Assembly (NCBI GenBank): GCA_046582655.1
Contig: JAYGDX010000007.1
Span: 1-63,187, forward strand
DNA from: Candidatus Poribacteria bacterium
GTDB lineage: Bacteria > Poribacteria > WGA-4E > UBA9662
Direction of reading: 5' to 3'
Length of the DNA stretch: 63,187 bases
Shown here: positions 10,519 through 20,828 of the stretch, piece after piece
How the letters are laid out: the number at the start of each line of letters is the position of its first letter
Numbering within the stretch: the first letter of the stretch is position 1
Notes under the pieces: model-generated
What the model saw: only the letters and a program-made list of their open reading frames with translations
Told to the model about the DNA's origin: nothing
Database searches by the model: none
Position numbers and translations under genes: made by a program

Positions 10519-12396
10519 ATGATAAGGGGGAAGACATTAGGCGTGAGAAGCATACCTAAATTTGAAGCTGGTCAGAAAGTAGCACCGCCCGCTTGGGCAC
10601 TGTGGGAACGAAGGATTATTGATATTTGCAACCAAGCAGGTGTAGCGTTTGTTGAACGTTATACTCATCCAGATGGCACTTTGGTTTGGCGTAATGATTG
10701 GCCGGGTATGGATGGGTCAGATGATGCTTATGAAAGTTTCTGGACCCTTCCGTTATTTTATTTATTGGGTGGCAGCGAAAAAATCCATTATTTGGCACGT
10801 AAGGAATGGGATGCAGTCACCTGGCAGTTCACTGAATACGGGCAGGTCTATCGAGAGTTTGATGCCTACTATGACTGGATGCACCACGGGGAAAGTTATA
10901 GTTACCTCTATTATTTAGGACTGTGTGATCCACATGTTTTTAAAGATCGGCAACGTGCGTTCCGCTTTGCCGGCTTCTATATCGGTGAGGACGATGAGGC
11001 GCAAAACTACGATCCGGAACTTAAACTGATTCGATCGCCTATCAACGGCAGTCGGGGGCCTCGGCATGAAATGTCACCGGAAGACTGGTCAACCCATCGC
11101 GACGTATTGACCAACTATCCAGTTCCGTTTGAAGATATTCCGGGCATCGATACCCTCAAAGCAGACTGGAATGACGATGAGATTTTTGAACGCATCCTAA
11201 ATTTGCTCAATCGACGTATGGCAAAGGGAGATGTGCCGCTGAACCTGACATCAACCAGTATGATCGTACATGCTTACCTATATAACGGCGATCAAAAATA
11301 TAAAAATTGGGTAGTTGACTATCTTAATGCCTGGCATGAACGGACTAAAGAAAACAATGGAATCATGCCTGATAACGTGGGATTATCAGGAAAAATTGGC
11401 GAATGTATGGATGGCAAATGGTGGGGTGGTTATTACGGTTGGCGGTGGCCACACGGTGCTATGAACCTTCTGGAATCCACAATTATTGCCGGTTTGAATG
11501 CGATGTTGTTGACCGGAGATGAAGACTTCTTGGATCTTGCCCGGTCACAGCAGGATCTGTTATGGTCCTTAGGGCGGGAAGAAAATGGCAATTGGGTTGT
11601 TCCCTTTAAGCATTTGGATTCGGGTTGGTCAGATTATCGAACCATACCACCTAATTTCCCCCTCCAGTTATGGAACGTCTCACAATCCAATGCTGATCTT
11701 GACCGGATTCTACGCCTGGGAAACCCAGGTGGATTGGATGACGATCTCAGCGGTCGTGATTCAAACGGTGCTTGGTTTCGTTACGTTAATGGAGATCTCT
11801 TGGATTTTCCAGAAAGGTCCCTTGAGGCCGACTACCAAGAAATTTGTCGACGTTTGAACATGATTGACAACGATGATACTGATCCAGCAACTTGGGATGT
11901 CCACCACTGGCAAGCGAGAAATCCAGTAGTATCCAAAGCGCTCGCACAATTAACGACAGGAGGACCATCTGCCATATACCATGGAGGCTTGTTGAACTGT
12001 CGAGTTCGGCATTTCGATCCGGATCAGCAAAGATCGGGGTTACCAGCAGATGTAGCAGCGTTAGTCGAATCGGTATTTGAAGGCGGATTTCAACTCCAGT
12101 TAATTAACTTGAACTCGGTTGAATCCAGAAACGTGATCTCCCTAGCAGGTGCATTTGGTGAGCATCAATTCTCGGGAGTTGAGGTTGTTGGTACTGATGT
12201 AAATAAACCTATTGATTGCAAATGGATCCAAGTACATCTTAAGCCTCGAGCTGGCATTACGCTTCGTTTAAAAACTAAGAGATACGCCAACCAGCCTACC
12301 TATGGTTTTCCTTGGCCCGTTGATAATCAACCTATGGCACCAATCAAACTGCGTACACCTGAGATTGATCCAGGAAGTGTTCCCGTGGGAGGATGA
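10519..12396 (+). CDS. Conserved hypothetical protein, possibly an (alpha/alpha)6-barrel hydrolase/lyase
   Basis: Long Trp/Tyr/Asp-rich ORF (WPGMDGSDDAYES, YDWMHHGE, WWGGYYGWRWPHG); first gene of an operon-like run. Confidence 0.6.
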   Translation: MIRGKTLGVRSIPKFEAGQKVAPPAWALWERRIIDICNQAGVAFVERYTHPDGTLVWRNDWPGMDGSDDAYESFWTLPLFYLLGGSEKIHYLARKEWDAVTWQFTEYGQVYREFDAYYDWMHHGESYSYLYYLGLCDPHVFKDRQRAFRFAGFYIGEDDEAQNYDPELKLIRSPINGSRGPRHEMSPEDWSTHRDVLTNYPVPFEDIPGIDTLKADWNDDEIFERILNLLNRRMAKGDVPLNLTSTSMIVHAYLYNGDQKYKNWVVDYLNAWHERTKENNGIMPDNVGLSGKIGECMDGKWWGGYYGWRWPHGAMNLLESTIIAGLNAMLLTGDEDFLDLARSQQDLLWSLGREENGNWVVPFKHLDSGWSDYRTIPPNFPLQLWNVSQSNADLDRILRLGNPGGLDDDLSGRDSNGAWFRYVNGDLLDFPERSLEADYQEICRRLNMIDNDDTDPATWDVHHWQARNPVVSKALAQLTTGGPSAIYHGGLLNCRVRHFDPDQQRSGLPADVAALVESVFEGGFQLQLINLNSVESRNVISLAGAFGEHQFSGVEVVGTDVNKPIDCKWIQVHLKPRAGITLRLKTKRYANQPTYGFPWPVDNQPMAPIKLRTPEIDPGSVPVGG

Positions 12397-12399
12397 GCG

Positions 12400-12789
12400 A
12401 TGGGAACAATGTCCACCAAAATTAAGGAATGGATTTCTCTGGTACGGGAAAAAGTTAAGAACGGAGGTGTCAGTGAAAGCGATTTAGACCAGTTAGAACA
12501 GATGCTACAGGTCAAGTACAGGCGGCAAAGATTGCTTTATCTGCAGGCGACGACACCAAGTATAAGATCAAGTGTTATTGGTATGGCTCAGCATGAGCCA
12601 GTCAATGGATCTATCACACAGATTGAACCAAACACTGATGATTGGAAATACCAGACTGTTCATGACGCCATTGTTGATGGCTGGCAAGCCATATTCTTTC
12701 CTGATCAACGAACCAATTTTGATGATCAAGAGATCGATATTTTAGGCTACGAATTTATCTTGCAGAAGATGGAGATTTATGATGAGTGA
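12400..12789 (+). CDS. Hypothetical protein
   Basis: GGAGG RBS; 3 nt after the upstream stop and overlapping the next gene. Confidence 0.7.
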   Translation: MGTMSTKIKEWISLVREKVKNGGVSESDLDQLEQMLQVKYRRQRLLYLQATTPSIRSSVIGMAQHEPVNGSITQIEPNTDDWKYQTVHDAIVDGWQAIFFPDQRTNFDDQEIDILGYEFILQKMEIYDE

Positions 12790-13525
12790 CAAACCGTATC
12801 TGCTCACTGACGACCAAATTATTAGCTTTGTTATACATGGATACCATATTGTGGAAGTAGATTTCCCCGATGGCATCAACGGGATGATCTACGATGAAAT
12901 TAGTCAACTCGAAAATAATCCAGGCGATGGGATTCTAGATGCCGTACCGAAGTTATATCAAGTTTTTGACCATCCCCAAGTGTGTGGAGCACTAGTCAGT
13001 CTATTAGGTAGAGACTACCAGATGAGCAGTCATCGGCATTGTCATACCAACCCCCCTGGTTCTCACAGCCAATCGTGGCATCAGGATGGTGTTAATCAGC
13101 GACATCATCAGGTTCGAACAGTTTTAGCAATGTATTATCCTCAAGATGTAACCACAGATTTAGGCCCGACTGTGATTATGCCAGGCACCCATTTCCGAAA
13201 TGCCCCTACAGACCTCATGGCAACCTATGCTAATCTCCGCGATCAAGTTACTTTAACTGTAAAAGCCGGTACGATTGCTATTACACACTATGACATCTGG
13301 CATGCAGCCACCAGAAATACCGGGGATCGAAACCGTTATATGCTGAAATTTCTATTCAACCGAACCAGTGGCCCTACTGAGCCAAGCTGGAACCATGATT
13401 CGGAGAAGGCTACTTCGCTAACTTCCCGTTTCACTTTTGAACGCGCGTGCCAATGTTCACAGTCCGATCACTATAAAGAGCGAGGGTTGCGCCATAAAAT
13501 GTGGAATCATCTACTTGGTCGATGA
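12779..13525 (+). CDS. Phytanoyl-CoA dioxygenase (PhyH) family protein
   Basis: LTDDQI..F..HGY, WHQD, GPTVIMPGTH, IWHAA facial-triad motifs. Confidence 0.85.
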   Translation: MMSDKPYLLTDDQIISFVIHGYHIVEVDFPDGINGMIYDEISQLENNPGDGILDAVPKLYQVFDHPQVCGALVSLLGRDYQMSSHRHCHTNPPGSHSQSWHQDGVNQRHHQVRTVLAMYYPQDVTTDLGPTVIMPGTHFRNAPTDLMATYANLRDQVTLTVKAGTIAITHYDIWHAATRNTGDRNRYMLKFLFNRTSGPTEPSWNHDSEKATSLTSRFTFERACQCSQSDHYKERGLRHKMWNHLLGR

Positions 13526-13540
13526 AATACAGGAAATATC

Positions 13541-14278
13541 ATGTTAACTGCAAAGCAAATAGATCACTTTGATCAAAAAGGATACCTGATCTTTGAGAAC
13601 CTAATCCCAGCAGAGAAAGTAGAATATTATGTTTCTGTTTTTGATCAACTAGTTGATCACGGGAGATCACTAACTGAACATCAAAGTCACTATGCTCTGG
13701 AAATTGACAAAGATCGCAATTTAATTCCGGGGATTCTTCACAAGGTTCAAGGTGTTTGCGTTGAAGAACCTCGTATCCTTCAGCTAGCCAAAGAACCTGA
13801 AATTCTTAACCGAATCCAATGTTTGCTTGGACCGGATATAGACATCTTCGGCACCAAATTCTTCCCCAAGCTACCTCAAGTAGGCCATTCCGTTTACTGG
13901 CATCAAGACAATTTCTATTTTGGAACAACATCTAACCAGATTATAAGTTGCGGTATATACCTGCAAGATACTGACAGAGAAAATGGTTGTCTGCGTATTA
14001 TTCCCAGAAGTCACTTACGAGGTACACTTTTTAGTCATCACCGTGACCCCACCACGCACGGCAGCTGGGCAGAAATTGATGACACGGAAGCAATTGATGT
14101 TGAAATGTCAGCAGGAACTGTGGTTATTTTTTCCGCTAACCTCGTGCATGGCGCATACGACAATTATAGTGAACGCAGCCGTTACAGTACGGCTTGGCAC
14201 TATATCCCTGGGGAACTGCAGTTGGAACAGTTTCCTCGCGGTGATTACAAGGATCGACACATTGTTCTTGGTAATTAG
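13541..14278 (+). CDS. PhyH family Fe(II)/2OG dioxygenase
   Basis: WHQDNFYF, ENGCLRIIPRSH, LVHGAYDN..R. Confidence 0.9.
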   Translation: MLTAKQIDHFDQKGYLIFENLIPAEKVEYYVSVFDQLVDHGRSLTEHQSHYALEIDKDRNLIPGILHKVQGVCVEEPRILQLAKEPEILNRIQCLLGPDIDIFGTKFFPKLPQVGHSVYWHQDNFYFGTTSNQIISCGIYLQDTDRENGCLRIIPRSHLRGTLFSHHRDPTTHGSWAEIDDTEAIDVEMSAGTVVIFSANLVHGAYDNYSERSRYSTAWHYIPGELQLEQFPRGDYKDRHIVLGN

Positions 14279-14292
14279 ATTTTAGGGGCAAG

Positions 14293-15033
14293 TTGATGTC
14301 AATAGACAAGCAAGTAGATCAATTTCATGAGCAAGGATTCCTGATCTTCGAAAAACTGATTAATGAAAAAAAACTGGATTACTACCTTTCAATATTTGAT
14401 GAACTTATTGATCGGAGTAAATCCGTGCCGATTGGCACACCTCATTGGTCGTTTGAAATCGATGCAGACCGTCAGCAAAATCCCGAGTTGCTCCATAAGG
14501 TTCAGGGCGTATGTGTTGTTGAGCCACGTATTCTAGAGATTGCTAGCGACCCGATGATTCTTGATCTAGTTGAGAAATTGACAGGTACCGACATCGATGT
14601 CTTTGGCACCAAATTTTTCCCCAAGTTGCCTTATGGTGGAACATCAGTCATGTGGCATCAGGATAATTTCTATTTCGGCATCACCTCCGATCAGATTGTA
14701 AGTTGTGCTATATACTTCAACGATGCTGATCGAAAAAATGGATGCTTGCGCGTGATTCCCAAAAGTCATCTTAACAAAGAAATCGCAACACATGATAAGA
14801 ACCCATATGGTTACGGACACTGGACTCAGATCGATGAATCACAGGCTATTGATGTAGCTGTTCCAGCTGGTACTGTCGTTTTTTTCTCATCGAACTTGCT
14901 CCATGGCACACACGAAAACAAAAGTGACCGAAGACGTTACAGTACAGCTTGGCATTACATTCCAGCAAATCTCTCACTGGAACGTTTCCCACGTGGTGGA
15001 TATGGCGATCGGCATGCCGTTCGCGGAAACTAG
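14293..15033 (+). CDS. PhyH family dioxygenase, tandem paralogue of 13541..14278
   Basis: Shares LHKVQGVCV.EPRIL, FGTKFFPKLP, WHQDNFYFG and RYSTAWHYIP. Confidence 0.9.
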   Translation: MMSIDKQVDQFHEQGFLIFEKLINEKKLDYYLSIFDELIDRSKSVPIGTPHWSFEIDADRQQNPELLHKVQGVCVVEPRILEIASDPMILDLVEKLTGTDIDVFGTKFFPKLPYGGTSVMWHQDNFYFGITSDQIVSCAIYFNDADRKNGCLRVIPKSHLNKEIATHDKNPYGYGHWTQIDESQAIDVAVPAGTVVFFSSNLLHGTHENKSDRRRYSTAWHYIPANLSLERFPRGGYGDRHAVRGN

Positions 15034-15351
15034 TGGGAAGGAAAAAGAATATAATACTACCAGAAATAGCCTTACAGAAACCGGAACAATTAATTCGAGA
15101 TGGTCATTGTGCTACTAATAATATTCCGGCAGAAAATTTTCCATAGGAACTTGGAGATGAATCGGACCAACTTCTGGATTCAGCCGAACATCCGCCTAGG
15201 CTGAAAATATCAGAGATCCGATCTCCATCTTCAAGGAAGCGACAACCAACTGGTAAACCGTTTGTTGAATTGTAAGCCGCCGCATGAGGCACCAGCACTC
15301 TGCTAACACTAAGACTGGATGAGGTGAGAAAACCCAATAAGTAACGAAAAG

Positions 15352-17541
15352 ATGATTGCCAGCTTAGATTACTACAACGTTATTTGGGATTCTCCCAGCC
15401 AAGATCACAATGGCTCAATGCCAATCGGCAATGGCGACATCGGTTTAAATCTTTGGTGTCAAGAAGACAGGGATCTAGTTTTCTATATTGGGAAGACTGA
15501 TGCTTGGAGTGAAAATGCACGGCTGCTCAAACTTGGCCGCGTTAGAATCCAAATTAGTCCCAAGTCTTTTGTCAATAACTGTTCTTTTCAGCAGATATTG
15601 AATCTTCGACAGTGCGAAATTATAGTTCGTTTCGGGCAACATCCAACCGAAATTAGGATACGGATTTGGGTGGACGCAAACCAACCAGTTATCCGAATCG
15701 AAGCAGATGGAGACCATCCATTTGATATTCAAGCCCACTTAGAGATCTGGCGAAACGAAGATCGTCTTCTTGAAGGAAATGAAATTCATAGCGCCTATGG
15801 TCTGAGTGGATCGCCAGACAGTGTAGTTGTCCATGCAGACACTGCCATTGTTGACCAAAATAAGGTTATTTGGTATCATCGCAACCGTCGATCGATATGG
15901 ACAGAGACGTTAACATTGCAGGGGATGGGCAACTGGCTTGATCAAGGCACCGATCCGCTTCAAGATTTGACCTTTGGTGGACTTATCCAAGGAGAAAATT
16001 TCACCAACTTTGACGGAACCATCCTCAAATCGGCAACACCTCAAAAACATCATTTAGTTTCCATCCACCTACTGACAGCTCAAACGGCTACACCAAAGCA
16101 GTGGATCAGTCAACTCCAGCAATTGTCTCACCTAACCAATTTAATCCCACTAGACCAAGCAAGAAAAACACACCAACAATGGTGGACAGATTTCTGGAAT
16201 CGGAGTTGGATTTTTGCCAGTGGTGATGAATCTGCAGAGACGGTAACACACGGTTATATCTTGCAACGATTCATGACTGCCTGTGCTGGACGGGGTAATA
16301 GCCCAATTAAGTTCAACGGCTCTATTTTTACCGTCGACGCCCATCTGGATGGACGAGATTATGACGCAGATTACCGGAATTGGGGAGGACCCTACTGGTT
16401 TCAAAACACTCGTCTTTCTTACTGGCCATTGCTAGCTTCCGGTGATTTCGACCTTCTCCAGCCTTATTTCCAGATGTACATAGACGCCATGCCACTGGCT
16501 CAAGCAAGAACAAAACAGTATTTTGGGCATGATGGGGCGTTTTTTCCGGAGACGATGTATTTCTGGGGATCATACACTCAAGACAACTATGGCTGGCCGA
16601 ATCAGCGTGCCGGCCTCCCAGTTCATACCACCGCCAATCAATATATACGCTATGAATGGCAAGGCGGTTTAGAACTCCTCGCCCAGATGTTGGATTACTA
16701 TGCTATAGCCCAAGACGATGGTTTCCTGAGCTTAACGCTGCTACCGATTGCTGAGGCCGTAACCACTTTTTATGACCAACATTATCCAAGATCCAACAAA
16801 GGAGAACTCCGGATTGAACCTGCGCAAGCCTTGGAAACTTATTGGGATTCGGTTAACCCAATGCCAGAAATTGCTGGGTTACGCTTTGTTCTTCCCAAGT
16901 TGCTTGTTTTGCCTACAGATCTGATCAGCCACCGACTCAGAGACCAGTGGACTCGGCTTCTGACTGAAGTGCCGGAACTTCCAACACACCAAATTGATGG
17001 TCAGGTAGTTTTATCACCAGCCAGTGAGATCGGACCAAAGAACAATCAGGAAAATCCGGAATTATACGCTATCTTTCCATATCGACTGTTTGGTGTCAAT
17101 AAGCCAGATATAGAGTTAGCACGTCGAGCCTTTACATATCGGCAGCATCGCGGGAGCTACGGATGGTATCAAGATGACACGCAAGCGGCATTTTTGGGTG
17201 AGACTGATCAAGCCCACAATTACATCGCCAGCCGTTTCCGTCAAAAGCATCCCCAAAGCCGTTTCCCCGCCTTTTGGGGACCTAATTTTGACTGGTTGCC
17301 AGATCAAACGCATGGTGGAAACGGCATGATGGCTCTCCAGACAATGCTAATGCAAACAGAAGACCAAAAAATCATACTTTTTCCTGCTTGGCCACAGAAT
17401 TGGAACGTTACCTTTAAGTTGCATGCTCCACTGAATACAACAGTTGAGGGTATTTATAATAAGGGGAAACTGGAACATCTCTCAGTTACTCCTGAGGTAC
17501 GACTTGAAGATCTGGTTCAAATGAGTCCAGAGCAACTTTGA
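15352..17541 (+). CDS. GH95-like glycoside hydrolase (DUF5703 / alpha-L-fucosidase-like)
   Basis: SMPIGNGDIG, PIKFNGSIFT, WGGPYWFQNTR, ENPELYAIFPY, I.LFPAWP..W. Confidence 0.75.
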   Translation: MIASLDYYNVIWDSPSQDHNGSMPIGNGDIGLNLWCQEDRDLVFYIGKTDAWSENARLLKLGRVRIQISPKSFVNNCSFQQILNLRQCEIIVRFGQHPTEIRIRIWVDANQPVIRIEADGDHPFDIQAHLEIWRNEDRLLEGNEIHSAYGLSGSPDSVVVHADTAIVDQNKVIWYHRNRRSIWTETLTLQGMGNWLDQGTDPLQDLTFGGLIQGENFTNFDGTILKSATPQKHHLVSIHLLTAQTATPKQWISQLQQLSHLTNLIPLDQARKTHQQWWTDFWNRSWIFASGDESAETVTHGYILQRFMTACAGRGNSPIKFNGSIFTVDAHLDGRDYDADYRNWGGPYWFQNTRLSYWPLLASGDFDLLQPYFQMYIDAMPLAQARTKQYFGHDGAFFPETMYFWGSYTQDNYGWPNQRAGLPVHTTANQYIRYEWQGGLELLAQMLDYYAIAQDDGFLSLTLLPIAEAVTTFYDQHYPRSNKGELRIEPAQALETYWDSVNPMPEIAGLRFVLPKLLVLPTDLISHRLRDQWTRLLTEVPELPTHQIDGQVVLSPASEIGPKNNQENPELYAIFPYRLFGVNKPDIELARRAFTYRQHRGSYGWYQDDTQAAFLGETDQAHNYIASRFRQKHPQSRFPAFWGPNFDWLPDQTHGGNGMMALQTMLMQTEDQKIILFPAWPQNWNVTFKLHAPLNTTVEGIYNKGKLEHLSVTPEVRLEDLVQMSPEQL

Positions 17542-17785
17542 AGTTTAGGATAGGATTCTTAATGGCTGGCATCGACCGGTCCAGTAGGCCTTAGGTTTGG
17601 ATGCAGGTAAGACCTGATTTAGACTCCAGCCTTGGATCCGGGAAAAAACACCAACAATGAGACTTATATGGCATGTTGAATATGTCGATCAAAACAGGGT
17701 GATAGCGATATTAGGAATTTGCCCCAAATAAAATCAGATTTTGATGTGCCGTTTCGTTTATCAATGATAGATGTTGGGGGATTTC

Positions 17786-18691
17786 ATGGCTAAGTGGATC
17801 TGTGCGCTGGAACTAGATCAGGATCGCCAAATCATAGCGGGCAGTGAAAAAGCGCTGTCCAATGCTGTCAGACGGGGAGCTGATCTGCGAGTTGGAACTG
17901 CCTTTCGTCACAACGAGCATATTGATACCTGTTCAACCAATACCGAACTGGTTCGAGAGGTAATGGACCTTCGTGTTGTGTATCTGCTCAAAGATTACTG
18001 GGTGGCCGGAGTTCAGAATCTGCGTATGCCTGTGTCACTCAGAAAAGGATTCGGTCCGCGAGAATCGATGTCCTTCTTCCTATACAATCAGGACGGGCAC
18101 CAAGCAATTGCTCGGCCGTATCTTGACGGCCGAGCTTCCACTGGGACAATTGGGCTGTCACCGACAGATGATCATCGGGATATGCCCAAGTACCATGAAC
18201 TAGACCAATGGGATGTGGAAACCAATGCACCCTCTAGTAACTTCATCTATGCGTTCGATATGTACCGTTTTTTCGTTTGCGATCAGTGGGAAGAAGTATA
18301 TGCACATGACGCTGACGGCACCCCACAGTACGGTTCAGTCGAAGCCCTGGCTGATGCTGCAGTGGAGGGGAGTGAGGTAAAGGTGGCCATTACCGGATTG
18401 TGCCGCCATCTCGACTCGGACGATTGCACAATAGAACATCAAGTTTTTGTTCATGGAGGCTCCTGTTACTACTACACCGAAGAAAAGCATTTCACTGCCG
18501 CCGCTCATCCGCTAATCCGTGTTCGACCCAATATCCCCCTACGTTATGCCAGCCGGTCATGGGACTTCGGTTGGATCAAACCCAGCAGCGATGGCATCAT
18601 CCACTGCTGGCTGTGCGATCCTTACACACTTAAATTCCATCGCGAACAGGGGCATTACGCTATGCGCTGGTTTATTAGTAAATCACGATGA
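17786..18691 (+). CDS. Conserved hypothetical protein with a two-fold internal repeat
   Basis: GSEKALSNAVRRGADLRVG versus GSVEALADAAVEGSEVKVA. Confidence 0.65.
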   Translation: MAKWICALELDQDRQIIAGSEKALSNAVRRGADLRVGTAFRHNEHIDTCSTNTELVREVMDLRVVYLLKDYWVAGVQNLRMPVSLRKGFGPRESMSFFLYNQDGHQAIARPYLDGRASTGTIGLSPTDDHRDMPKYHELDQWDVETNAPSSNFIYAFDMYRFFVCDQWEEVYAHDADGTPQYGSVEALADAAVEGSEVKVAITGLCRHLDSDDCTIEHQVFVHGGSCYYYTEEKHFTAAAHPLIRVRPNIPLRYASRSWDFGWIKPSSDGIIHCWLCDPYTLKFHREQGHYAMRWFISKSR

Positions 18692-18751
18692 ATCTTTTAA
18701 ACACAGTTGGAAGGTGGCTATGCACAGACAACAATAGAAATTAAAAAAACA

Positions 18752-19927
18752 ATGAAGACATTAACAACTAAAATCTTTGACAGTTGCCAATCTCATTTTG
18801 ATGATATCGTAGCGATTCGACGGGATATTCACATGTATCCTGAAACTGAATTTGATGTCCACAGGACCGCAGATATTGTTGCGAATCAACTAAAAAAACT
18901 GAAATTGCAGGTCAAGACAGGCATTGGGAAAACAGGAGTGGTTGGAGACCTTGAAATTTCAGGCGCTACGAAGCGCATCGCGCTGAGAGCTGACATGGAT
19001 GCGTTACCTATGCAGGAGCTTGGGAATTCTCCCTACAGATCCAGAATCGATGGAAAAGCACACATGTGTGGGCATGATGTCCATACAGCCATGCTGATTG
19101 GTGCCGCCAAGGTAATTAGCCAGTTAAAGGTTGAACTTAAAACAAATGTAAGATTCATTTTCCAACCAAGTGAAGAGAAATTTCCCGGCGGTGCACCCGC
19201 CATGATTAAAGATGGTGTTCTTGACGGAGTTGATCAAATCTATGGCTTACATGTATGGCCTCTAATGGAAAGCGGGCAGTTCGCAATTTGTCCCGGGCCT
19301 GCTTTTGGTCAACCAGATGTTTTTGAAATCAAAATCAGGGGCAAAGGTGGACATGCAGCATTTCCTCATCTAGCTACTGATCCCATCATGGTGGGAAGCC
19401 AATTTGTCTCGATACTGCAATCGATTGCGTCCCGGAATGTGGATGGGCTCGAATCTGCGGTCATAAGTGTAACTCAGTTCCATGGTGGAACAGCCGACAA
19501 CGTGATTCCTCAGATGGTGAAACTCTCGGGAACGGTACGAACCTTGAAAAAAGAAGTCCAAGTTAAGGTTCGACAGAGAATCGAAGAAATACTCGCTGGT
19601 ATCACCTCTGCTCATGGAGCAACCTACAATTTTTCTTACCAAGAAGGGTATCCAGTAACATACAATCATGAACAATGTGTGACTGAAGCATTAGCAGTGG
19701 CAAAAACACTTGTAGATGCGGAAGAGGTTATCTTTCCATATTCTCCAATTCTAGGAGGTGAAGATTTTGGTTATTATTCACAGAAAATCCCAGCTTGCTT
19801 TATCCTTTTAGGTGCTGGGAACAAAGCAAAAGGGATTGTTAATATGTGCCATGATCCTCGATTTGATATTGATGAGAAATGTATAATTTATGGTATGGCA
19901 ATGCATGCTAGCCTAGCCATCAATTGA
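18752..19927 (+). CDS. M20D family amidohydrolase
   Basis: RRDIHMYPE, ALRADMDALP, HMCGHDVH, FQPSEE, GKGGHAA, GGEDF. Confidence 0.92.
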   Translation: MKTLTTKIFDSCQSHFDDIVAIRRDIHMYPETEFDVHRTADIVANQLKKLKLQVKTGIGKTGVVGDLEISGATKRIALRADMDALPMQELGNSPYRSRIDGKAHMCGHDVHTAMLIGAAKVISQLKVELKTNVRFIFQPSEEKFPGGAPAMIKDGVLDGVDQIYGLHVWPLMESGQFAICPGPAFGQPDVFEIKIRGKGGHAAFPHLATDPIMVGSQFVSILQSIASRNVDGLESAVISVTQFHGGTADNVIPQMVKLSGTVRTLKKEVQVKVRQRIEEILAGITSAHGATYNFSYQEGYPVTYNHEQCVTEALAVAKTLVDAEEVIFPYSPILGGEDFGYYSQKIPACFILLGAGNKAKGIVNMCHDPRFDIDEKCIIYGMAMHASLAIN

Positions 19928-19997
19928 GTAGAAATATTTGAATCAGAGTAAATCGTTCTCTATTATATTTAATTCCTATAGTTTAAAGAGGGAAGAT

Positions 19998-20738
19998 ATG
20001 AGCGACCTAGATCAAGAAATCGTAGAAGCAGCGCGTGAGAATGGTGTTGGAATCGCACACAATCTACTGACAGAAAAGGAACTAAGCTTGGGACGGGAGG
20101 CTTTCGATCAAGTCTATCTCGATTTGGATAAAGGCCCTGGCGAACCAGGAACACGAGATAGTATTTGGGGGGAGGAGTTATTAAAATCCGCTGCCTTAGA
20201 ACGACTGTTTTCTCATCCACATATCATATCTATCATTTCAGGGATTCTGGATGAGTTGCGACCCTTTTTGCAAAAAATGAAGACCAATCGGTATACCCCC
20301 TTTCATCCAGGCGTTGGTCGGCATACGGACGGAAAACTGGGTGAACTCTCTCCACCGTTTTCTATGGTATCGACTCAGGTATTTCTTGACGATATAGAAA
20401 TCGATTCAGGTGCTTTAGCTTATGTTCCTAGATCGCACATCCTGCACTATGAATCAGCCGAGAATCTCGACCATCAGCCCCCAACTAAGGAACAGATTCG
20501 AGTGGGTAATTACGTTCCAGCAGAATTAAAAGCAGGGAGCGTTATTTTTCGTCTGCCTGAAGTCTGGCATGCGGTCAATCCAATCCATCGCCTAAGACGA
20601 TATGTTACAGGAACATACACTAGCCGTGACCGTTTCAGTGCATCAATGACTGAGAACGTGGATAATGTTGTTCAATCCCGAAAACAGATTCCAATTGATA
20701 GTATCCCATCAACCTTGCATCAATTCTGGCAATTTTAG
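19998..20738 (+). CDS. PhyH family dioxygenase
   Basis: RHTD, SGALAYVPRSH, VWHAV..R. Confidence 0.8.
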   Translation: MSDLDQEIVEAARENGVGIAHNLLTEKELSLGREAFDQVYLDLDKGPGEPGTRDSIWGEELLKSAALERLFSHPHIISIISGILDELRPFLQKMKTNRYTPFHPGVGRHTDGKLGELSPPFSMVSTQVFLDDIEIDSGALAYVPRSHILHYESAENLDHQPPTKEQIRVGNYVPAELKAGSVIFRLPEVWHAVNPIHRLRRYVTGTYTSRDRFSASMTENVDNVVQSRKQIPIDSIPSTLHQFWQF

Positions 20739-20828
20739 TTGATTAATATCACGTGGATCTTGAAAGACGGTTCGAAAAGAAATTGTCGCCAACAAATGGG
20801 GACTGAGGGTTTGATTGAGTATGTGCAT

